The notes beneath the pieces are model-generated. The model had not been told where the DNA came from. It saw only the letters and a program-made list of their open reading frames with translations, and did no database searches. The translations under genes and the position numbers were made by a program. A stretch of 53,013 bases of DNA, from the IMG/VR virus record IMGVR_UViG_3300032086_003020, positions 1 through 53,013 of that record. One strand, given 5' to 3'. This stretch comes from a virus. Its lineage: Duplodnaviria; Caudoviricetes. Shown piece by piece: positions 46,242 to 53,013 of this stretch (positions within the stretch are counted from its first letter, which is position 1; each line of letters opens with the position of its first letter).

Positions 46242-47032
46242 TGGAAATACCTAACATTGGTACGAGGAATATTCAGATAAGAGAATTGAATATTCCTCCA
46301 GTTATAAATGCTCTTGAAAACACTTCTCAAAGTATTCCATATGCACCTCCAGTAGTAGTGAACATTGGTGTTCCTATTGTTGATGTTCCTGGATGTGTTG
46401 AAGCACATGAGAGTAATAATAAATCTAAGACTGTAGGCCAAGATGACAGTAAAGGATTGATTACTTATTGTGATGCTGGTATTCCTAGTTACAATCCTAT
46501 TAATTTTGAACCTGAACAGATAATTCCTACTGCTCCTGCTGGAGTTGATACTAGAGAAAAAGAAGAGAAACCAAAACCACCTGGGCAAGTAGAACTTCCA
46601 CAACCAGCACCACCTACGACTGTCAAGATTAATTGTCCTACAGCAGCACAGAATGCCAAGGAACCTGTAGGAACATACATCGAAGGTTTTAGGAAAAAAG
46701 TTACTGAATATAAATTGGTTGGTAATGAGTGTGTTCAGATTACAGAGAAAGTCCCACTACCAGAGCAAGTGGTAGCAGGACTTCCTAGTGCTGGAATGGT
46801 GATGACAACTGGTGGAGTTGCTGTTATTGCTACAACTTCAGCACTTATGGCAAAACCGTTAGCAGACTTACTATTGAAAGTAGTCAAACCAACGGTTAAG
46901 AAAGTTGTGAAAAAAATTGCTAAGATTAGAGGAAAACAACCTATTATATTATCTACTTCTGAACGTAGGAACGAACAGAGAGATAGAAATCATGCCATAA
47001 TGGCAATACGACAAACTTTGAAAAGAAAATGA
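46238..47032 (+). CDS. Pro-rich hypothetical protein with C-terminal hydrophobic/basic segment
   Basis: Long ORF with paired Cys. Confidence 0.75.
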   Translation: MMEIPNIGTRNIQIRELNIPPVINALENTSQSIPYAPPVVVNIGVPIVDVPGCVEAHESNNKSKTVGQDDSKGLITYCDAGIPSYNPINFEPEQIIPTAPAGVDTREKEEKPKPPGQVELPQPAPPTTVKINCPTAAQNAKEPVGTYIEGFRKKVTEYKLVGNECVQITEKVPLPEQVVAGLPSAGMVMTTGGVAVIATTSALMAKPLADLLLKVVKPTVKKVVKKIAKIRGKQPIILSTSERRNEQRDRNHAIMAIRQTLKRK

Positions 47033-47223
47033 CAATACCAATTTATGTAGAAGAACCTATCACTTGGGAAAAAATTCAAGTACCGTATGAAGTTGTAGAA
47101 TATTGTAAAAAATTTACTAGACTAGATCCTTATAACGTAGAAAGTAGTATTGAAGATTTGAGGTTAACAGATTGTTATTGGATGAATATGGGATATTATG
47201 ATATTAATCCTGTGTTTGAATAG
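47029..47223 (+). CDS. hypothetical protein
   Basis: ATGA-coupled ORF. Confidence 0.5.
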   Translation: MTIPIYVEEPITWEKIQVPYEVVEYCKKFTRLDPYNVESSIEDLRLTDCYWMNMGYYDINPVFE

Positions 47224-48052
47224 GTCCACCCAAATCTTCTGCTTTTTTAGAAGTTGGTCTTGGAATAGTATGACGATGTTGTGGAACTACAGTAACATTT
47301 TGTACTACAACATCAGCACATATTGAATAGTAAGGACTTTTGGGATGAAAACTAATACCTTGCTTTAGCAATTCTCCACAATTTTTTAATCTAGCAATCT
47401 CAAAATCTAATCTCTTATTAGCAGTTGTTTGTTGCATCAATGCGATGTTAGCAGCAGCTGCTTCTTTGCATTGGTCTTGTAGTTTTTTATCCAATGGTTC
47501 AGACCATGTAATAGAAAAACCAACACCTAGACTATAATTATCTTTTTGCCCAGTCCTTGTTTTCTTTCTAAAAAGAATTTCTCCTGGATTATCAATTAGA
47601 CCATCTTCATTTAGATCACTGACATCATATACGGGATCCATATAATATGGTTCATATGGTTTTGCTGCTGAAGCAGTTCCTGTTACATATGGAGTGAAAT
47701 TTCTAGTGGGACCTTGACACTGGATTCCATTTCCGTATGTATTGGTAATATATGGACCTTGGAGGACCTGGATGGCTTGGTTTGTAACTGAACCAGAGGA
47801 ATTAGCAACAGGAGCAGCAGTGGCACTAACGCCACCCACGGTTTCTGCCCATACTCCGTTTCCATGACAAAGTGCTCCTAGAGTTATTACTGTGAGAAGA
47901 TGCTTGTAGTGTCGGTTACGCTTGTAACTTCTGTTGTTCTTTGAATTATTGTTTGCTGACTTAATCCTGGTCCTTGATACGTCTCTGTGAACTGAAACGC
48001 ATTTCCTGGTGTTGTCTGTGTGAATGTTGGCCTGCTCGTTACCCCTGTCCAT
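47204..48052 (-). CDS. hypothetical exported protein (start uncertain)
   Basis: Long ORF; signal-like segment KHLLTVITLGALCHGNGVWA lies ~50 aa into the ORF. Confidence 0.7.
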   Translation of the reverse strand: MDRGNEQANIHTDNTRKCVSVHRDVSRTRIKSANNNSKNNRSYKRNRHYKHLLTVITLGALCHGNGVWAETVGGVSATAAPVANSSGSVTNQAIQVLQGPYITNTYGNGIQCQGPTRNFTPYVTGTASAAKPYEPYYMDPVYDVSDLNEDGLIDNPGEILFRKKTRTGQKDNYSLGVGFSITWSEPLDKKLQDQCKEAAAANIALMQQTTANKRLDFEIARLKNCGELLKQGISFHPKSPYYSICADVVVQNVTVVPQHRHTIPRPTSKKAEDLGGPIQTQD

Positions 48053-48303
48053 GTTGATGTCACTCCATCAATAGTTACATTTGTTGCTCCTGTGCCAGGA
48101 GAAAGATTTCCATTTACTGTAATACCACTACCCGTTGCTGAATATTGGTATCCAGTGTTATAGTCCATCGAGTTGATGGTTTCTGTAATTTTTTGTGTTG
48201 TCTCAGTGTGGCTGGTCATTGACCCCTGAGTAAAGTTAGGAACTACTGGGACTGCCATTGCTGGAGATCCCAGTAGAAATGCCACAAGAAATAATTTCTT
48301 CAT
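47887..48303 (-). CDS. Thr-rich exported protein
   Basis: Signal peptide MKKLFLVAFLLGSPAMA. Confidence 0.8.
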   Translation of the reverse strand: MKKLFLVAFLLGSPAMAVPVVPNFTQGSMTSHTETTQKITETINSMDYNTGYQYSATGSGITVNGNLSPGTGATNVTIDGVTSTWTGVTSRPTFTQTTPGNAFQFTETYQGPGLSQQTIIQRTTEVTSVTDTTSIFSQ

Positions 48304-48318
48304 GACTATTTACCTAAG

Positions 48319-48795
48319 TTATTTGATGGTCAATTCTGTTACGAATTGTCCTGTAGCACTTGTACCTGCTCCACCAGCTGTCAACGATATAGTTCCAGCA
48401 GAAGAGATGCTACCATCGAGAGCACCAGCCACCCCACCAGCAGTTGTGGTGACGTTTCCAAATGCGGGTAGGGTTCCAACCACACCGCTAGAAACGGTCG
48501 TTCCTGTGGGCACTGCATCTCCTTCGATGAATGATTCAGTAAATGTACTGGATGATCCACCAGTCCAATCGGTGGGTGTGTAACTAACAGCTGATCCTGA
48601 ACTAAGTGTACCAAGTCCACCTTCGGTATTGATGGTAATGTCAGTACCACTCATAGAATAAGTAGAACCAATACGAGTTGCCTGGGAGGCAGCAGCATCA
48701 ACAGTCAGTTGAACTGAGGTTGAAATTTTATGAGTAATATCGGCATGTGCAGGTGCCGCCATCAATAACATAACAAGAGGCAGTAATTTTTTCAT
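48319..48795 (-). CDS. Ser/Thr/Gly-rich exported protein
   Basis: Signal peptide MKKLLPLVMLLMAAPAHA; CTAAATA upstream on - strand. Confidence 0.8.
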   Translation of the reverse strand: MKKLLPLVMLLMAAPAHADITHKISTSVQLTVDAAASQATRIGSTYSMSGTDITINTEGGLGTLSSGSAVSYTPTDWTGGSSSTFTESFIEGDAVPTGTTVSSGVVGTLPAFGNVTTTAGGVAGALDGSISSAGTISLTAGGAGTSATGQFVTELTIK

Positions 48796-48839
48796 GCTCT
48801 CATGTCTTATGACTTCTTATATTTAGTCTCCCCTACCCC

Positions 48840-48873
48840 TTGACAGATGTTCCAGAATCGTGTATTATAAATA
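48840..48873 (+). promoter_or_regulatory. psbA early and late promoters
   Basis: TTGACA-17-TATTAT overlapping TATAAATA. Confidence 0.85.
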
Positions 48874-48918
48874 CATCAGCACGTTAAGGAATGTAACTTT
48901 CCTTAAAGAGTTGTAACT

Positions 48919-49020
48919 CCCCGCAAACCAAGACCTCTAGGGAGTCTAAACACGTCTTTCATATCCTCTCTAAGGGTGAGAGGAAATAGTAACTCCACCA
49001 TTTCCCTGATGGTCTTACTT
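48919..49020 (+). ncRNA. PhotoRC-II-like psbA leader RNA
   Basis: Structured 5' UTR (AGAC/GTCT, TCCTCTC/GAGAGGA, ACCAT/ATGGT) before cyanophage psbA. Confidence 0.7.
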
Positions 49021-49034
49021 TTTTGTTCAATAAA

Positions 49035-50117
49035 ATGGCACAATCTACTCTTTCACGTCAACAACAATCGAATACTTGGGAACAGTTCACAGAGTGGGTA
49101 ACTTCCACCAACAATCGTCTTTATGTTGGTTGGTTCGGAACTCTAATGATTCCAACCCTACTTGCTGCAACCACTTGCTTCATCGTTGCTTTCATTGCTG
49201 CACCTCCTGTAGACATTGACGGCATCCGTGAACCTGTTGCTGGTTCTCTACTCTATGGAAACAACATCATTTCTGGTGCTGTCGTTCCATCTTCTAATGC
49301 AATCGGACTTCATTTCTACCCCATTTGGGAAGCTGCTTCACTAGATGAGTGGCTCTACAATGGTGGTCCCTACCAGTTGGTAGTCTTCCACTTCCTCATC
49401 GGCATCTTCTGCTACATGGGTCGTGAGTGGGAACTTTCCTACCGTCTCGGTATGCGTCCTTGGATCTGCGTAGCATATTCTGCTCCAGTTGCTGCTGCGA
49501 GTGCAGTATTCCTCGTCTATCCTTTCGGTCAGGGTTCTTTCTCTGATGGAATGCCACTAGGTATCTCTGGTACTTTCAACTTCATGCTTGTTTTCCAAGC
49601 AGAGCACAACATTCTAATGCACCCATTCCATATGCTTGGTGTTGCAGGTGTGTTCGGTGGTTCACTATTCAGTGCAATGCACGGTTCACTAGTTACATCT
49701 TCACTAGTTCGTGAAACCACAGAAAACGAGTCCCAGAACTATGGTTACAAGTTCGGTCAAGAAGAAGAGACCTACAACATTGTTGCTGCTCATGGATACT
49801 TTGGTCGTCTAATCTTCCAATATGCATCCTTCAACAACTCCCGTTCACTTCACTTCTTCCTTGCAGCATGGCCTGTCGTAGGAATCTGGTTCACTGCACT
49901 TGGTGTTAGCACCATGGCATTCAACCTCAACGGTTTCAACTTCAACCAGTCCGTCATGGATGGTCAAGGTAAGGTACTAAACACCTGGGCAGATGTACTT
50001 AATCGTGCTAACCTCGGTATGGAAGTAATGCACGAGCGTAATGCTCATAACTTCCCACTAGACCTTGCTGCTGCTGAGTCTACTCCTGTAGCACTCACTG
50101 CACCTAGCATCGGTTGA
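49035..50117 (+). CDS. psbA: photosystem II D1 protein
   Basis: [35 protein letters not shown]; uninterrupted. Confidence 0.99.
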   Translation: MAQSTLSRQQQSNTWEQFTEWVTSTNNRLYVGWFGTLMIPTLLAATTCFIVAFIAAPPVDIDGIREPVAGSLLYGNNIISGAVVPSSNAIGLHFYPIWEAASLDEWLYNGGPYQLVVFHFLIGIFCYMGREWELSYRLGMRPWICVAYSAPVAAASAVFLVYPFGQGSFSDGMPLGISGTFNFMLVFQAEHNILMHPFHMLGVAGVFGGSLFSAMHGSLVTSSLVRETTENESQNYGYKFGQEEETYNIVAAHGYFGRLIFQYASFNNSRSLHFFLAAWPVVGIWFTALGVSTMAFNLNGFNFNQSVMDGQGKVLNTWADVLNRANLGMEVMHERNAHNFPLDLAAAESTPVALTAPSIG

Positions 50118-50138
50118 TATGACTGATGGCAGTTTTAT

Positions 50139-50169
50139 CCCCGTCACAAAATACGTGGCGGGGTTTTTT
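50139..50169 (+). terminator. intrinsic terminator
   Basis: CCCCGTCAC/GTGGCGGGG stem plus T6. Confidence 0.8.
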
Positions 50170-50216
50170 ATAGGCATTTCAACTATTGTAATTCCTTTAC
50201 TTTGTGTGGTACTATT

Positions 50217-50588
50217 ATGATTGGTAAACTTGATCCTGAAGAACGTGTTATGAATGATATCCCTAAACATGACTGGACAAAAAACAAAGATGAATTTTTT
50301 GCCTGGGAAGATGATGGAATTATGGATCGCATTCAAGATTATCTTGAAGTTCTTGGATGGGAACCTGGAGATGAAATTGATGTAGAGATTGGTGGTACTT
50401 CTGTTTCTGGTATTGACGTTGGTGAAGAATACAATGCTAAATGGCAATCACCCATCGGTACTCGTAAGTACAATAAAGATGCTTTTATTGTGATTAAGAA
50501 TCAATCTCGTAGGGATCTGACTGGATCACAACCAATGGAAGAATTTAACCCACAACATCCACACGAATCACAAATTAACGAAAACTGA
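50217..50588 (+). CDS. hypothetical protein
   Basis: ORF. Confidence 0.7.
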   Translation: MIGKLDPEERVMNDIPKHDWTKNKDEFFAWEDDGIMDRIQDYLEVLGWEPGDEIDVEIGGTSVSGIDVGEEYNAKWQSPIGTRKYNKDAFIVIKNQSRRDLTGSQPMEEFNPQHPHESQINEN

Positions 50589-50592
50589 GATT

Positions 50593-50886
50593 ATGACTTA
50601 TTCTATTACACTTCGTTCACCTGATGGCACTGAATCTGTAGTTCAATGTGCTGATGACCAATATATTCTAGATGCTGCTGAAGAAGCAGGTGTAGATATG
50701 AATTATTCCTGCCGTGCAGGTGCTTGCTCTTCCTGTGCTGGCAAAATTGTTTCTGGTACTGTTGACCAGTCTGACCAGTCTTTCCTAGATGACGATCAAA
50801 TTGATGCAGGATTTGTTCTTACTTGTGTTGCTTATCCTACTAGTGACTGTGTTATTGAAACCGAACAAGAAGAATCACTTTATTGA
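50593..50886 (+). CDS. petF: plant-type [2Fe-2S] ferredoxin
   Basis: [11 protein letters not shown]...LTCVAYP. Confidence 0.96.
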   Translation: MTYSITLRSPDGTESVVQCADDQYILDAAEEAGVDMNYSCRAGACSSCAGKIVSGTVDQSDQSFLDDDQIDAGFVLTCVAYPTSDCVIETEQEESLY

Positions 50887-50889
50887 TTC

Positions 50890-51096
50890 ATGACTAAAAC
50901 TTTTTCTCAGACTTCGCATAAACGATATGATCGTCATGTGTATAAACTGAATGTTCCTTGTGAAGGATCAGTTATAATTGAAGACTATGAAATGCTTAGA
51001 GCAATTTGGTTTGAGAAATGTAGAAACTTTTCTGGTTGTACAGTAGAAGTTTTGGATTATAAAACCAAGAAAAAATCTAAAGGAGGTTTTCAATAA
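50890..51096 (+). CDS. hypothetical protein
   Basis: ORF between petF and psbD. Confidence 0.65.
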   Translation: MTKTFSQTSHKRYDRHVYKLNVPCEGSVIIEDYEMLRAIWFEKCRNFSGCTVEVLDYKTKKKSKGGFQ

Positions 51097-52155
51097 ATGG
51101 TAGCATCAACACTAACACAACAAACACAAAGAGGATGGTTCGATGTCCTGGATGACTGGCTTAAGAGAGACCGTTTCGTTTTTGTTGGCTGGTCTGGACT
51201 TCTTCTTTTTCCCACTGCTTATCTTGCTATTGGTGGTTGGCTTACTGGGACTACTTTCGTCACGTCTTGGTATACCCATGGATTGGCAAGTAGTTATTTG
51301 GAGGGTGCAAACTTTCTTACTGCGGCAGTTTCTACTCCAGCAGATAGTATGGGTCATTCTCTTCTTCTTCTCTGGGGTCCTGAAGCTCAGGGAGACTTCA
51401 TCAGGTGGTGCCAACTTGGAGGGCTTTGGGCCTTTGTTGCTCTCCATGGTGCCTTTGCCCTTATAGGATTCATGCTTCGGCAGTTTGAGATTGCACGTCT
51501 AGTAGGTATTCGTCCGTACAATGCTATTGCGTTCTCTGGTCCGATTGCTGTCTTTGTCAGCGTTTTCCTTATGTACCCTCTCGGGCAATCTAGTTGGTTC
51601 TTTGCCCCCTCGTTCGGGGTTGCGGCGATCTTCCGTTTCCTCTTGTTCCTCCAAGGTTTCCATAACTGGACACTCAACCCCTTCCACATGATGGGAGTTG
51701 CAGGTATCCTTGGTGGTGCTCTCCTCTGTGCAATTCATGGAGCAACTGTAGAAAATACTTTATATGAAGATGGTGAACAATCAAATACATTCAAAGCATT
51801 TGAACCAACCCAAGAAGAAGAAACCTACTCAATGGTTACTGCCAACCGATACTGGTCTCAGATCTTCGGTATTGCATTTAGTAATAAGAGGTGGCTTCAT
51901 TTCTTCATGTTGTTTGTACCTGTTATGGGTCTTTGGACTTCTTCTATCGGTATCATCGGACTTGCACTCAACCTTCGTGCATATGATTTCGTCTCACAAG
52001 AAATCAAAGCAGCAGAAGACCCCGAGTTTGAGACGTTCTATACTAAGAACATCCTGCTCAACGAAGGTCTACGTGCTTGGATGGCACCAGTAGATCAACC
52101 TCATGAGCAGTTTGTATTTCCTGAGGAAGTTCTTCCCAGAGGTAATGCACTTTGA
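51097..52155 (+). CDS. psbD: photosystem II D2 protein
   Basis: [34 protein letters not shown]. Confidence 0.99.
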   Translation: MVASTLTQQTQRGWFDVLDDWLKRDRFVFVGWSGLLLFPTAYLAIGGWLTGTTFVTSWYTHGLASSYLEGANFLTAAVSTPADSMGHSLLLLWGPEAQGDFIRWCQLGGLWAFVALHGAFALIGFMLRQFEIARLVGIRPYNAIAFSGPIAVFVSVFLMYPLGQSSWFFAPSFGVAAIFRFLLFLQGFHNWTLNPFHMMGVAGILGGALLCAIHGATVENTLYEDGEQSNTFKAFEPTQEEETYSMVTANRYWSQIFGIAFSNKRWLHFFMLFVPVMGLWTSSIGIIGLALNLRAYDFVSQEIKAAEDPEFETFYTKNILLNEGLRAWMAPVDQPHEQFVFPEEVLPRGNAL

Positions 52156-52256
52156 TTAGTTCAACTACACCATATAAACTTGCTGAGATCATTCGTGATA
52201 CTTGGCCACAACTTTTTTATCCTAAAGTTGATAAAAAGAAAAAAAGGTGATATACT

Positions 52257-52279
52257 AGAGGTCTTCGGACCTCTTTTTT
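52257..52279 (+). terminator. intrinsic terminator (UUCG tetraloop)
   Basis: AGAGGTC-TTCG-GACCTCT plus T run. Confidence 0.85.
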
Positions 52280-52873
52280 ATGGGTGATATAGTATTAGGA
52301 AAATTATCTTATATTGGTCAATTTTTATCCGAAGAAGAATGTCAGATCATATACGATTATGCCATAGAAAATGAGGAAAGATTGATCAATCTTGGAGAGG
52401 ATATTTATTCTGCAGTAAAGACAAAAAACCCAAAAGGAAGTCTTACTGGTAGATATAACTTATACAATTGTTTGAATATTGATATACTAAATCCCATTCT
52501 GAAACCAAAATTTAAAAATTTAATTAATTATTTTAATTTTGATGGGGAATTGTATATACAATGTTGGATTAATATCTTAAGATACGGAGAGTCTCTTGAT
52601 ATTCACAGACATGTTGATTATCTTGATGAGACTTATATCTATGCCAGTGGTAATATTTTTATACATGGAAATCCAAATCCTGGTACTTCTTTTTATTATG
52701 ATGATCGTATTGATAATTATAAAAACAGACCTGGGATTATTCAAGTATTTCATCCAATCATTGAGCATGGAGTGAGGACATATTTAAATGATGATGTTAG
52801 AGTAAGTATTGCTTTTGATATTGGTAATCAAGAAATGTTAGAAGAAGATTCTATACTTTATAGGATGAAATGA
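52280..52873 (+). CDS. 2OG-Fe(II) oxygenase-like protein
   Basis: WINILR..E...HRH...SGNIF...EHGV...RVSIAFD. Confidence 0.7.
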   Translation: MGDIVLGKLSYIGQFLSEEECQIIYDYAIENEERLINLGEDIYSAVKTKNPKGSLTGRYNLYNCLNIDILNPILKPKFKNLINYFNFDGELYIQCWINILRYGESLDIHRHVDYLDETYIYASGNIFIHGNPNPGTSFYYDDRIDNYKNRPGIIQVFHPIIEHGVRTYLNDDVRVSIAFDIGNQEMLEEDSILYRMK

Positions 52874-52874
52874 A

Positions 52875-53013
52875 ATGACCACGTTTATTAATTACGCAAC
52901 CGCATTCTGGTCCGTTGTAGTAATGAATTGTATTCAACCAGCTAATTGGCAATATTGTTATCGTATTGATGAATGGTTGTTACCAGACCTTTATCAGGGT
53001 GCTCAAATATACC
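52875..53013 (+). CDS. hypothetical protein (3' truncated)
   Basis: Open frame MTTFINYATAFWSVV... running to window end. Confidence 0.5.
   Translation, partial: MTTFINYATAFWSVVVMNCIQPANWQYCYRIDEWLLPDLYQGAQIY

Noticed and set aside
49035-52155. Possible group I intron or homing endonuclease in the psbA/psbD region
   Set aside because: Both genes are full length and uninterrupted, and the intervening ORFs show no nuclease motif.

Overview
A 53-kb segment of a T4-like cyanomyovirus genome, probably infecting Synechococcus. It is almost entirely encoded on the + strand. In order it holds: uvsX, gp41 and mazG; a late-promoter block of strongly acidic/basic proteins plus an HxGH nucleotidyltransferase, which look like protease-matured internal head proteins; primase, nrdA and nrdB; a tRNA region (7 tRNAs in the window) with an HNH endonuclease and an unexplained ~130-nt structured RNA; a manA/wcaG-like RNA; an ~11.5-kb GDP-fucose/glycosyltransferase locus; and an auxiliary-metabolic-gene region (hli x2, thioredoxin-like, peroxiredoxin, two porin-like genes, Pho box with pstS, petE, PTOX, gnd, zwf, PhotoRC-II with psbA, petF, psbD). 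The most promising leads are the putatively virion-packaged nucleotidyltransferase/polyprotein cassette, the orphan RNA between tRNA-Asn and tRNA-Thr, the glycan locus and a structured leader on a porin-like gene. All calls come from reading the sequence and recognising motifs; no database searches were run.
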